A stretch of 64,000 bases of DNA from the human T2T-CHM13v2.0 reference genome, Homo sapiens. The stretch lies in the NCBI RefSeq assembly GCF_009914755.1, contig NC_060940.1; one strand, 5' to 3'. The position numbers and the translations under genes were made by a program. Every line of letters starts with the position of its first letter. Within the stretch, counting starts at the first letter, position 1. The notes under the pieces were generated by a model that did not search any database, was not told the DNA's origin, and saw nothing but the letters and a program-made list of their open reading frames with translations. Below are positions 42,685 through 63,695 of the stretch, piece after piece.

Positions 42685-43380
42685 TAGCCAGGATGGTCTC
42701 TATCTGCTGACCTCGTGATCCGCTCGCCTTGGCCTCCCAAAGTGCTGGGATTACATGTGTGAGCCACCATGCCCAGCATCACTACTTTTTTTAGTCCAAT
42801 TTATCAATTTTTTTTTCTTATCTTTTCTGGGACAGGGTCCTGCTCTGTTACCCAGGCTGTAGTGCAGTGGTGCAATCACGGCTCACTGTATCTCAACCTC
42901 CTTGGCTAAAGTGATCCTTCTCACTCAGCCTTCCTAGTAGCTGGGACTACAGGTGCATGCCACCGTGCTTGGCTAATTTTTGTATTTTTTGTAGAGATTT
43001 GTTTTGCCATGTTGCCCAGGCTGGTCTCAAACTCCTTGGGCTCAAGCAAGACTCCCAAAGTGCTGGAATTACAGGCACGAGCCACTTGCACCCAGCCCTA
43101 TTTTTTTCTTTTGTCATTTGTGTTTTGGTGTCATATCTAAGACGGCTTTGCTTCACCCAAAGTTACAAAGATTTACTCCTATATTGTCTTCTATGCATCA
43201 CATTTTAGCTGTTACATTACTGTTTAGTTCTTGAGACAAATGTTCATTAATAAAATCCAAATATATTACTATAAAAACTGTACCTAAGGCTGGGTGCGGT
43301 GGCTCACGCCTGTAATCCCAGCACTTTGGGAAGCCGAGGCGGTGGATCACGAGGTCAGGAGATCAAGACCATCATGACTA

Positions 43381-43563
<183 letters not shown>

Positions 43564-43621
43564 CTAAAAAAAAAAAAATTAGCCAGGCATGGTGGCGCAT
43601 GCCTGTAATCCCAGCTACTCA

Positions 43622-43726
<105 letters not shown>

Positions 43727-43952
43727 TCAAAACAAACAAACAAACAAAAAACAAAAACAAAAAAAACTGTACCTAAGAAGGGTCATGTCCCTTCTCTCCA
43801 AAGGATGCATCTTGTTGGAGGGTCAAAACACACCAGCATTTATCATCACTGCTAGCTGAGGGCCCCAGAGGCAGTCTAGGGCAGTGGTTAAGGGAGCAGA
43901 TGCCACAGTCAGTTTTCCTAGATCAGCAGTTGGCAGACTTTCTGTACAGGAA

Positions 43953-44170
43953 TGTCTTAGTCTGTTTGTGTTGCTATAAAGGAATACCTGAGACTGGTAA
44001 TTTGTAAAGAAAAGAGCGTATTTGGCTCATGATTGTGCTGGCTGGAAGACTAGCCATTTGGTGAGAGCCTCAGGCTTCTTCTACTCATGGTGGAAGGGAA
44101 AGGGGAGCTCCTGTGTGCAGAGATTACATGGAGAGAGAGAAAGCAAGAGAGAGATGGAGGGTGCAGGCTC
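43953..44170 (-). mobile_element. MST (MaLR) LTR fragment
   Basis: tgtcttagtctgtttgtgttgctataaaggaatacctgagactgg. Confidence 0.7.
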
Positions 44171-44389
44171 TTTTTATTTTTTATTTTTACTTTTATTCTT
44201 TTTTTTTGAGACAGGGTCTCAGTCTGTCACCCAGGATGGAGTGCAGTGGTGTGATCACAGTTCACTGCATCCTTGAACTCCTAGGTAGCTGGGACTATTG
44301 GTGTGCCACCATGTCCAGTTAATTAAAAAAAAAAATTGTATACAAAAAAAAGGAGCAAGATGGAATCAACTATATCAGATTTTTCTCCC

Positions 44390-44940
44390 TGTCATAATTT
44401 TTGCAAAGGTGATCTCACTGCTGCAGTCCTTCCATTGTCTCCTGCCTGGACACTCAAACCCACAGCACAGTCCCTGCTTTTATTCTCACCCATCCTCTCT
44501 CTAGAACTCCAGTTCTGCCCACACAGTGGCTGACTCGCCATCTCTACCTGGACATCCACAGGCCCTGGGACTCAGTGGGTCCCAGACCTAATGGTCATCT
44601 CCTTCTTCCCTCCTGCAGCTCCTTGCCTGGTTTCCTGACCCAGGATCCTCCCAGTGACCATCTAGAACCTGGGAATCAGCCTGCCTCCTCCTTCTCATGC
44701 TCCCGGACCTATGATCAATCAGTAAGTCCTGTCGGTTCCACCTCCATGTTCTGGCAAATCCATGCCTTCCTCTGCTCCTTTTCTGGGTCACGCCTTCCTT
44801 GCAGCAATAGCCCTGGATCTGGTCCAGTTGCCTTCAGTCCGGCCTCCTCCAAAGCTGCCAGGGGACATTTCGTGTTCCCAAACAACTTATTTCTGACCAG
44901 GAGCCTCCCTTGCCTAAGAGCATCTCGGTTACCTTCACGT
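44390..44940 (+). mobile_element. L2 fragment
   Basis: C/T-rich degenerate L2 motifs (ctctacctggacatcc, aatcagtaagtcctgtcggttccacctcc). Confidence 0.55.
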
Positions 44941-46153
44941 AGAGTAAACTTATGAGAAGAGGCTTTCGTTTTTTTTGAGACAGAGTCTCAGTCTGTCACC
45001 CAGTCTGGAGTGTGGTGGCATGATCTCGCCTCACTGCTACCTCCCTTTCCCAGGTTCAAGAGATTCTCATGCCTCAGTCTCCTGAGTAGCTGTGATTACA
45101 GGTGCCCGTCACCAAGCCTGAGCAATTTTTGTTTTTTTAGTAGAGACAGGGTTTCACCATGTTGGTCAGGCTGGTCTCCAACTCCTGACCTCAAGTGATC
45201 TGCCTGCCTCGGCCTCCCAAAGTGCTGGGATTACAGGCGTCAGCCACTGCACCCGGCTAAGAAGGAGCTTTTTGGAAGCCCCCAGATCTGGTCTCTGCCC
45301 ACTTTTCCACCTCTAACTACAGATCCAGCCTGCCCAAGCAGGGTGACACCTAGCTCCCAGAACTCGAGGGCACACCCCGCTCACCCAGCTGTACTCTGCC
45401 AGGCATTCCTTTCCTCTTTCCCTCACCTACTTGGCAGACGAGCTTCTCTTCAAGTCCCAGCAAGTCTGTGTCTTTGTGGTGAAGCCACTTAATCCCCCAC
45501 GTACTGATGGCTCTGGGCTCGTTTTTACAAGAATGAAATTTGCTTGTCATTTCCCTGACCCCTCGTGTAAATTCTTTGAAGGCATATATATATATATATA
45601 ATTATTTTTTTTTAGGTAACTTTTGTCTTCTTAGAATGCTTGGCACTTGGCAAATATCAACATGTAAATATTCGTTGAGCAAATAAATGTTTGCTAAGGA
45701 AATGAGCTGTATCAGGGCTGGATTACCCAATAGAGTTTAGGGCCAGTAGCAAAACAGGGGAGACCCCCAAATTATTTAGAAATAATTTGATATTTAATAG
45801 TTGGATAAAAGCATTGAAGCATCATAATGAGAAAATGAGAATTTTGGAGGATGTCTTTACATTCCTTTCACTGCTTTGTTTGTTTGAGGCAGGGTCCCAC
45901 TCTGTCACCCAGGATGGAGTACAGTGGTGTGATCATGGTTCACTGCAGCCTCAACCTCCGAGGCTCAAGTGATCCTCCCGTCTCAGACTCCCGAGTAGCT
46001 GTGCACCACCATGCCAAACTGGTTTTTTATATTTTCTAGAGATGGGGTCTCACTATGTTGCTGGTCTCAAATCCCTGAGCTCCAGTGATCCTCTTGCTTC
46101 AGCCTCCCAAAGTGCTGGGATTACAGGAGTGAGACCCTGGGCGCAGCCAATTT

Positions 46154-46312
46154 TATATATATATGTATATATATACATATATATACACGTATTTATATAT
46201 GTATATATACACATATATATACATATATACATATATACGTGTATATATACACATATACACGTATATGTACATATATACGTATATATACACATATATACGT
46301 ATATATATATAT
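46154..46312. repeat. ~160-bp alternating purine-pyrimidine (TA/CA/TG/CG) microsatellite
   Basis: Read directly. Confidence 0.95.
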
Positions 46313-46473
46313 GTTTGTTTGTTTTGTTTTGTTTTGTTTTGTTTTGTTTTGTAGAGACGGCATTCACTATGTTGTCCAGGGTGGTAACTCCTGGACTCAA
46401 GTATTCTGCCGGCCTCGGGCTTCCAAAGTGCTGAGATTACAGGCATGAGCCACTGCACCTGGCCTCTTCTTGA

Positions 46474-46674
<201 letters not shown>

Positions 46675-46844
46675 TAGTAGAGATGGGGATTCCCTATGTT
46701 GGTCAGGTTGGTCTGGAACTCCTGACCTCAGGTAATCCGCCCGCCTCTGCCTCCCAAATTGCTGGGATTACAGGCGTGATCACCGTGCCCAGCCTTTACC
46801 TTTATTTTTCAAGCTGAATTATACTATTGTTTTTTAAATAGCAG

Positions 46845-47075
46845 ACTTTAAAAAGAGCAATTTTACAGAAACAGCAGGTTTACAGACAATTGAGCAGAAA
46901 GTCCAGGAAGTTCCCAGATATTACTTTCACCCCCCTTCCTTTAGTTTCCCCATTATTGACATCTTGCATTGGTGTGGCACACCTGTTAAAATTGATGAAC
47001 CAAATTGATACATTATTATTAATTATAGGTAATCGTTTACATTAGGGTTCACTCTTGGTGTTGTACATTCTATGT
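46845..47075 (-). mobile_element. L1M (L1MC/MD-type) 3' end fragment
   Basis: ttgagcagaaagt...cattagggttcactcttggtgttgtacattctatg. Confidence 0.7.
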
Positions 47076-47106
47076 TTTTCTTTTCTTCTTTTTTTTTTTT
47101 TTTTGA

Positions 47107-47265
<159 letters not shown>

Positions 47266-47707
47266 TAGTAGAGACGGGGTTTCACCATGTTGGCCAGGCT
47301 GGTCTCGAACTCCTGACCTCGGGTGATCCACCTGCCTCGTCCTCTGAAAGTGCTGGGATTACAGGCGTGAGCCACCATGCCCAGCTGATCCCTATTTTTC
47401 TAGGGGTGAACATCTGTGGGTAGGGTTTGGCTGACACATCTGCAGTGCCACTAAGAATGGCAAGTTTCTTTATTAGCTTCTCAGTATCAGCTCTGGCCTG
47501 AGATTCATGGTCTGGTCATTCAGACCAATGCTCCGAAGTCCCATAAAGAAGCAAAAACCAGGTTAGGTGTATTGGCTCTTGCCTGTAATCCCAGCACATT
47601 GGGAGGCTGAGGCAGGAAGCTCTCTTGAGCCCAGGAGTTGGAGACCAGCCTGGGCAACATAGTAAGACTCTGTCTCAATAAAAAAAAAAGAAAAAATTAA
47701 AAAATTA

Positions 47708-48008
<301 letters not shown>

Positions 48009-48241
48009 TCAAAAAAAAAAAAAAAAGTTAGCTGGGTGTGGTGGCACGTGCCTGTCATTTCAGCTACTCAGGAGGATGAGGCAGAAAGGTCTCTTGAACC
48101 TGGGAAACTGAGGCTGCAGTGAGCCAAGATTGCGCCACTGGACTCCAGTCTGGACAACAACAGAGACCCTGTCTCAAAAAGCAAAACAAAACAAACACAA
48201 AGCAGGCCGGGTGCGGTGGCTCACGCCTGTAATCCCAGCTA

Positions 48242-48403
<162 letters not shown>

Positions 48404-48754
48404 TTATGTAAAAGCCAAGGGCTCTGGTCTGTGAGCATCCCGTTTCCTGTCTTTGCATCCTGCAGATTAAAAAGGCCCTTCTGCTTCTCGTAAATCCCAA
48501 AGTCACATCACTCAACACAGTTGTCAGGTTGCGACTGGTTGAAATGCGGACAGGATTTAAGACTTTGAAAATAGACAGAGATGGACACATCAGAAAGAAC
48601 AGAAAGACCCGGGGACATCCTGCATCTCTGCAGATTGAAGGTATCTCATGTGTATAAATTAATACAAATATATGACTTGCTCACACAGCCAGGGCTGGGA
48701 CTCAACCCCTGGGACTGCTGGGAAACTTCTTTTTATTTTTTCTTTTTTTTTTGA

Positions 48755-48862
<108 letters not shown>

Positions 48863-49017
48863 TAGCTGGGACTACAGGCACCCGCCACCACGCCTGGCTA
48901 ATTTTTTGTATTTTTAGTAGAGACAGGGTTTCACTGTGTTAGCCAGGATAGTCTCGAACTCCTGACCTCGTGATCCGCCCAACTTGGCCTCCCAAAGTGC
49001 TGGGATTACAGACGTGA

Positions 49018-49377
<360 letters not shown>

Positions 49378-49899
49378 TAGTATGTGTCTCCCTTAGTATG
49401 TGTCTGCCAGGGCAGTTTCCACACTAGAGCGAAACAATTTATTTGTCCGTCTCCCCATTCCCACCCCCACCCCCAACTCCCACTTTAGGATACAAACTCT
49501 AGGGGCCAGGCATGGTGGCTTATTCCTGTAATCCCAGCACCTTGGCAGAATCACTCGAGCCCAGGAGTTTGAGACCATCCTGGACAATACAGCGAGACCC
49601 CATCTCTATAAAACATTTAAAAATTGGCCAGACATGGTGACACGCACTTGTAGTCGCAGCTACTTGGGAGGCTGAGATGGGACGAGGCTGCACTGAGTCA
49701 AGATTGCATTACTGCACTCCAGCCTAGGTGACAGAGCCAGCCCCCATCTTAAAAAAATTAACCAGGTGTTACGGTGTGTACCTGCAATCCCAGCTACTCA
49801 GGAGCCTGAGGCCAGAGGATTGCTTGAGTCCAGCAGTTGGAGGCTGCATTGAGCTGTGATCATGCTACTGCACCCATAAGGGCAGGAATTTTTTCTTTT

Positions 49900-51575
<1,676 letters not shown>

Positions 51576-52240
51576 GGATTCTTGTTCACTCCTTTTCCAG
51601 TGCCTAGAACTATGCTAACCTGAAGAATGAAAGGGGGGCCAGGTGTTATTCATTTCTGTCTTCCCCAGAACACAATGAGACCAAAGGATGAAGTGGGCAG
51701 AAAGTCAACAGTCAACAGTAAAACCCAATGTGAGGGATGAAGGGAGGAAGGACCTGAATGGGAGAAAAGCTATTTTCTATCTTTTGTACATGAAAAAGTG
51801 AATCGCAATGGCTACAGAGACATATTTATATACCCAGATCTGAAAATGTTATTTGTCATCAGACCACAAAGGCAAAATGATGCATTGATATGTTGAGAGA
51901 TTCACGGCAAATCACAACTGGGCAGAAATGACAGGGCGAGCACCAGGGAGAGAGGCATTGAAATCCAATTGCTTCCCTGCAAACGACTTCATTAAATTGT
52001 CCAGATTACTAGGAGCCTACTGCAAAAAAATGCAAAGGGCAAGTGGAGTAATTTCTTTTTGACTATTGATGCAATTTGGAAGAAATTAAATAGCAATTAA
52101 GTTTGTTTACTTAGGAGGAGATAGAGTGTGAACACCCCGCGGGGGCCCCCCCTGTCAGCCTTTGGAAAATAAAACGGCTTTTGGTTCGGGATGGTTCCCT
52201 GGGGACCGCCCTGTTCCTTAGCGAGTTTGGCTACTTCGGC

Positions 52241-52257
52241 GCGCCCTCTGGTGGCCA
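52241..52257 (-). promoter_or_regulatory. CTCF binding motif (reverse orientation)
   Basis: The minus strand reads TGGCCACCAGAGGGCGC, near-identical to the CTCF core consensus, in a locally CpG-retaining non-repeat island. Confidence 0.75.
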
Positions 52258-53206
52258 CGTGTGGAAGGTCTGGCAATTGTGCTTTGTTCCCCATCAGAGA
52301 AGGGGGTGGCTTCAGCCACAACAGTGTGGATCTGCAAATTAATTCACATTTAAACTGCAAAGCCTGACTCAGCATGTGCTACTTAGGGGTGCAGGAAGAG
52401 CTATATAGATGAAGTGATTTTTTAAATTAAAATTATAACATTAATTATGATTATGATTTTATTTTATTTTTTTGAGAAAGCGTTTCACTCTGTTGCCTAG
52501 GCTGGAATGCAGTGGCATGATCTCGGCTCACTGCAACATCCGCCTCTGGAGTACAAGCGATTCTCCTGTCTCAGCCTCCTGAGTAGCTGGGATTACAAGA
52601 ACCCGCCACCACACCAGCTAATTTTTGTATTTTTGGTAGAGACAGGGTTTCGCCATGTTTGCCAGGCTGGTCTCGAACTCCTGGCCTCAAGTGATTCATC
52701 TGCCTTGGCCTCCCAATGTGTTGGGATTAGAGGCATGAGCCACAGCACCCGGCTACTCCAAAATATCTTTAAGACCCCACAGGAAGAAATAGAAGATAAC
52801 CATCTTCTATTCATAAGAGTAGAATAGCCTCTATTCATGTTCATAAGAAACCTGATCCCATGAGCCAGTTGCCTCCCACCAGGTCCCACCTCCAACAGTG
52901 GGGATTACATTTCAACATGAGATTTGGGCAGGGCGTCCAAACCCTGTCAAGCAGCTTTATTCATAATTGCCAAAACTTGATATCAACCAACATGTCCTTT
53001 AGTAGGTGAAGGAGGTTTTACTTCTCATACCACGCCTGACACCAAATGAGAGGTTTTTTTTCCCTTTTGACATCAAATATGTGGTGTCTGTTTTTTTGAA
53101 ACAGGGTCTTGCTCTGTCAACCAGGCTGGAGTGCAGTGACATAAATGCGGCCCACTGAAGCCTTGACCTCCCAGACTCAAATGATCCTCCCACCTCAGCC
53201 TCCTAA

Positions 53207-53374
<168 letters not shown>

Positions 53375-53573
53375 TGAGCACCTGGGACTACAGGCATGCG
53401 CCACCATGCCTGGCTAATTTTTGTATTTTTAGTAGAGACAGGGTTTTACCATGTTGGCCAGGCTGGTCTCGAACTCCTGACTTCAGGTGATCTGCCCACC
53501 TCAGCCTCCTGAAGTGCTGGGATTACAGGCGTAAGCCACCGCTCCCAGTTGCTATTTTTTTTTTGAGATGTAA

Positions 53574-53669
<96 letters not shown>

Positions 53670-54416
53670 TGAGTAACTGGGACTAAAGGCGTGCACCACC
53701 CACACCCAGCTAATTTTTGTATTTTTAGTAGAGAGGGGGTTTCACCGTGTTGGCCAGGATGGTCTTCATCTCTTGACCTTGTGATCTGCCCGCCTTGGCC
53801 TCCCGAAGTGCTGGGATTACAGGTGTGAGCCACCTTGCCCGGCCTCCGGCCCTAATTTTAAAAAAATTCTTAGTAGAGATGAGATCTGGCCATGTTGCCC
53901 AGGTTGGTCTTGAACTCCTGAGCTCAGCCAATCCATCCATCTCAGCATCTCAAAGGGCTGGGATTATGGGCGTGAGCCACTGCATGCTGCCATTATGTGA
54001 TGTTTTTTCTAACACCACCCCTCCAATGCTGACAACAGCTTCCCAAAACAAGCTTTCTGAGTCAGATAAGGAAGTTTCTGAGAGATCCTCCTAATGCTTC
54101 AGAAAAGAGCATCAGAAACACAGGGTTTAATACAAGCATTCTTCGTTTATGAACGTTTGTGTTACTTGTTGAAGGAAGAGCCGTAGCAGACAATGTTGGT
54201 TGGATCACCTGATATTATTCAGAACCTCATTCTAGAGTCTAGAAAACCAGATCTTCACTTTTCCAGACTTTCTTGCATCTCTGGATGGCCATAATGCCAA
54301 CTTCTGCTGGTTTTGTCCTTAATCCTTTTTTATTGTCTTGAACAGGGATATGATGTTTGGAGATGTGGCAGCCATCTTGTAACCATGAGGACAAAAACTC
54401 TATATGCTATGAATGT

Positions 54417-55306
<890 letters not shown>

Positions 55307-55307
55307 T

Positions 55308-56020
55308 ATTATGGAGCAAATGGGCTCGCTTCCTGATGTGCACAGAAGCCAATAACTACAGCACTGGCTTTTGAAAAAATGAAAAAGGTTTTATTGCAAA
55401 ATCAGCCAGCAAGGAGACAGGAGTCAGGCTCAAATCTGTCTCCTCTATTTGGGGCCTGGGGCAAGTTTTAATGGACCAGAGGGCAAAGGAAAGGATTTGA
55501 AAATGTCGGCTTGGCAGAGTCTGATTGGAGGACTTCAAATTTGACCATTTACGAGGCCGGGCGCGGTGGCTCACGCCTGTAATCCCAGCACTTTGGGAGG
55601 CCGAGACGGGTGGATCACGAGGTCAGGAGATCGAGACCATCCTGGCTAACATGGTGAAGCCCTGTCTCTACTAAAAATACAAAAAATTAGCCAGGCGTGG
55701 TGGCGGGCACCTGTAGTCCCAGCTACTCGGGAGGCTGAGGCAGGAGAATGGCATGAACCTGGGAGGCGGAGCTTTCAGTGAGCCGAGATTGCGCCTCTGC
55801 ACTCCAGCCTGGGCGACAGAGCAAGACCCCGTTTCCAAAAAAAAAAAATTTGACCATTTACAATAAGGTATGTTGAGGCAGATCCTAGCCCTGGATCTTT
55901 CAGGCCAAGGGACCCCTCACTTCTGAAATAGTCCAGCATTCAGGTTTTGATCATGTCTTCATCTTCTTGGATCTGAGGGGAAGAATGTTTTTTTCTGGAT
56001 GTTATCAGAGGTCAAAGCTT
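55308..56020 (-). mobile_element. ERV1 LTR fragment (MER31/MER67-like) with an AluY (55555-~55846)
   Basis: agaagccaata...caaggagacaggagtcaggctcaaatctgtctcc. The AluY is flanked by aaatttgaccatttac. Confidence 0.55.
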
Positions 56021-56036
56021 TTGAGATGGAGTCTGA

Positions 56037-56168
<132 letters not shown>

Positions 56169-56385
56169 TAATTTTTGTATTTTTAGTAGAGATGGGGTTT
56201 CATCGTGTTAGCTAGGATGGTCTCGATCTCCTGACCTCATGTTCCGCCCACCTCTGCCTCCCAAAGTGCTGGGATTACAGACGTGAGCCACCGTGCCTGG
56301 CCTGGATATTCTCTTAATTGCAAACGAAAACATTCCTAATACAAGCTTCTTATAAGAATTTATTTATTTTATTTTTTTGAGATGA

Positions 56386-56580
<195 letters not shown>

Positions 56581-56791
56581 TGAACTTCTGACTTTGTGAT
56601 CCCCTCCGGCCTCCCAAAGTGCCAGGATTACAGGTGTGAGCCATCACACCCAGCCCTCTTAGAAGAATTTATACACATTATTATAATTACTTTTTTTTTT
56701 TTTTTGCAATCACTGAACACTTTTTCCTAATGAGGAAGAAGAAAGAAACCTTTACTCAGAATCTATGCCACAGAACTTAGTACTTTGTTAG

Positions 56792-57489
<698 letters not shown>

Positions 57490-58348
57490 TGATCTGTCCT
57501 CCATGGCCTCCCAAAGTGCTGGGATTACAAGCGTGAGCCACCACGCCCAGCCACTTTATTCTTATAGACGTACTAGCACCCACACAGATGTCTTCTACTC
57601 ATGCGGTAACATATATGGGAAAATTCTAGAATCCTCCACGAAAATGTCTCCCAAACATGATTAAAAATATGAACACTGGATGGTTGTGGTGGCTCATGCT
57701 TGTAATACAAGCATTTTGGGAGGTGGAGGCAGAAGGATTGATTGAACCCAGAAGCTTGAGACCAGCCTGGGCAACAAATTAAGACCCTGTGTGTATAGAG
57801 TTTTTTATTTTTTATTTTTTTATTAGCCAAGTGTTGTGGTATGTACCTGTAGTCCCAGCTACTCAAGAGGCTGAGGTGGGAGGATCACTGGAATCCAGAA
57901 GGTTGAGGCTGCAGTGAGCTATGATCAGCACTGTACTCCAGCCTGGGTGACAGAGTGAGACCTTGTCTGAAAAAAACAATTTTGCAAAAATGTGGATGGT
58001 GCTACAGTTCATAACTAATTTAGGAATAGCTCCAAAAAGCACAGGAAGACAGAGAAAGAGACTGAACAACAATGAAATCTGTTAGCTTTGTCGCCTACTG
58101 CTGTTGCCAGTCATTTTCTGCTGCCTGTACTGGAAAGTAGAAAGCCAGGACACAGAGAAGGAATAAGAAGCCTCAGAGAGAGGCTGAAAAGAGATAAAAG
58201 GAGAGAGCCACCGTCCTCGGTTCCCTCTGGTCCTCAGCTCCCATCTCCTTCTAAACTCAGCTGCATCTCACCCAGTGTCTTTCCAGTGAATGCCCACTAT
58301 CTCTTAAGCAAATCAGACTGGGTTATCATTACTGGCAAATAAAAGAGC

Positions 58349-58492
58349 TGTGGTCTTTACAGCAACATTTTAGCAATCAGCAGGTACCAGGACTTTAAGA
58401 TAAGTAAGGGAATGTGTTGGTGTGGTCTTTACAGCAATCTTTTATCAATCAGCAGGTACCAGGACTTTAAGATGAGTAAGGGAATGTGTTGG
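58349..58492. repeat. 72-bp direct tandem duplication (2 copies, ~4 mismatches)
   Basis: 58349-58420 versus 58421-58492. Confidence 0.95.
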
Positions 58493-58680
58493 AAGAGGAA
58501 GAAAACATTTTGCCAAAGGTTTTGTTTAGGCAAACCAGCCAAATGGGTTTAAAAAAAAAAGAAAAGCAAACAAATTAATAGCAAACTTCAATGATCTGTG
58601 AAAATTCAGAGAAGCAAAAACATCGGCTAATTCTTTTACTATAAATGAACTAAAATGACGTGTATGCATCTGTTGATGCA

Positions 58681-60575
<1,895 letters not shown>

Positions 60576-60582
60576 GAACTGA

Positions 60583-60861
<279 letters not shown>

Positions 60862-61044
60862 TAGCCAGGATGGTCTCCATCTCCTGACCTCATCATCTGC
60901 CCACCTCGGCCTCCCAAAGTGCTGGGATTACAGGTGAGCCACCGAGCCTGGCAACAATCCCACAATTCTAAGTCTTACATAGCCACGGCTATGGCATTAA
61001 CATTTATTTAGAAGTTTACATTTTGCAAAGCATTTCTGTTGTAG

Positions 61045-61476
<432 letters not shown>

Positions 61477-62424
61477 TAAAAAAAAATATGAGTGAGAGTG
61501 GCCCATGACAAAGCCCTCAGGAGGTCTTGAGAACATGTGCCTAGACCTCCTTTTCTGAGAGGTTTGCTCTGAGTGCTGATGCACAAGACTTGGACGAGGC
61601 AGGGAAGTGGTCAGGAGGCTGACCTTGCCTTGGCAGGGGTGGTGGTGCTGGGTAAGATGAGCCGCTGGAGGGAATTAGCAAAGAGGAGAGATTCCACTTT
61701 CCCTCTGAGCCATGGTCCTTTTCTCTATAACATGGAGTTGAAGGTTCCTACTGATGTCTTAGAGAGGATGAAGGTAAATGAAGGGGCACGTGGTAAGCGT
61801 TTGGCTCAGAGTAAGTTCTCAGTAAGTGACAGTTGTTGTTGTTTTTCCCCCTAATAGTAAAAGGGAGCCCTCACCAAGCTTATAGTCTACTGTGAGAAAC
61901 AGATAGAACAATTGGCCGGGCGCGGTGGCTCACAACTGTAATCCTAGCACTTTGGGAGGCTGAGGCGGGTGGATCACAAGGTCAGGAGTTCGAGACAAGC
62001 CTGGCCAATATGGTGGAACCCCCATCTCTACTAAAAAACATAAAAATTAGCCGGGCATGGTGGTGTGTGCCTGTAGTCCCAGCTACTCAGGAGGCTGAGG
62101 CAGGAGAATCGCTGGAACCCGGGAGGGAGAGGTTGCAGTGAGTTGAGATCGGTGCCACTGCACTCCAGCCTGGGTGACACAGCAAGACTCCGTCTCAAAA
62201 AAAAAAAAAAAAGAAAAAAGAAAGAAAAAAAGAAACAGAACAAATGGTAAAAATAAAGTGCTAGGATTGAGAAAGGCCATAGGGGGTGCTGTGGCGACAT
62301 TTCTGTCTCTCCTTGAAATAAAGCCACACATGCCGGGTGCGGTGGCTCACGCCTGTAATCCCAGCACTTTGGGAGGCCAAGGCGGGCGGATCACCAGGTC
62401 AGGAGATGGAGACCATCCTGGCTA

Positions 62425-62710
<286 letters not shown>

Positions 62711-63566
62711 TCACCATCCTTCTGTCTGAATTTCTTTGTATCCATCTATCTGCCTTCTTTCTCTTCTATTCCTTCTAACAGGAGATTTTAGTGACTGTTG
62801 CTTCCTGAAGAACTATCCTAACTATCCTATTTCTATTCCTGTAAAATTGTCTCCTGGGAGCAGGGAGTCTCCTTTGGGAGCCTGGCTCATTCTTCTGCTC
62901 CTAGAAAAATAACCGAGGTCTCTCTGGCTCAGGATGCAGAGCCAAGCCAGGGCCAGGTGCCAGGTGCCAGGTGCAGCCAGCAGGAAGTGCTGGATCTTCT
63001 CTCTAGGGTCACTGCACAGTCACCACTCACCTCCATCCCATTCCATCTTCCATATGCAGAAAAACTGGGTTCCTTTCCAGATCTGCAGGCTGGGACTGCG
63101 GGCTGGGAGGTGGCCTCCAGTAAGGAAGGGAAGAGGGAGGAATTGTCTCTCAGTAGAAATAGTCATCATTTCCTGACACTTCCCCTGTGCCACAGGTTTA
63201 AAGATCATTTTTTAACATTTGAGTATGTATCAGTAATATGTCTATGGAGTAAAAAAAGGGGTAATTAGTAAAAATTCCCCTGCCCTTGTCCTGAGATGTA
63301 TGCTGCATTTAGAAACAGATACATATATATTCTTGCTTTTTTAACCCAAATGGTGGCTTACCTGATACACTTGTTCATCTTGTTTTTTTTGTTTGTTTTG
63401 TTTTTGAGATGGTGTCTCGCTGTTGTTGGAGGGCAGTGTCATGAGCATAGCTCACTGAACCTTGAACTCCTGGGCTCAAGCAATCCTCCTGCCTTAGCCT
63501 CCTAAGTAGCCAGGACTACAGATGTGTGCCACCACACCTGGATAATTTTTATTTTTGTAGAGATAG

Positions 63567-63695
<129 letters not shown>

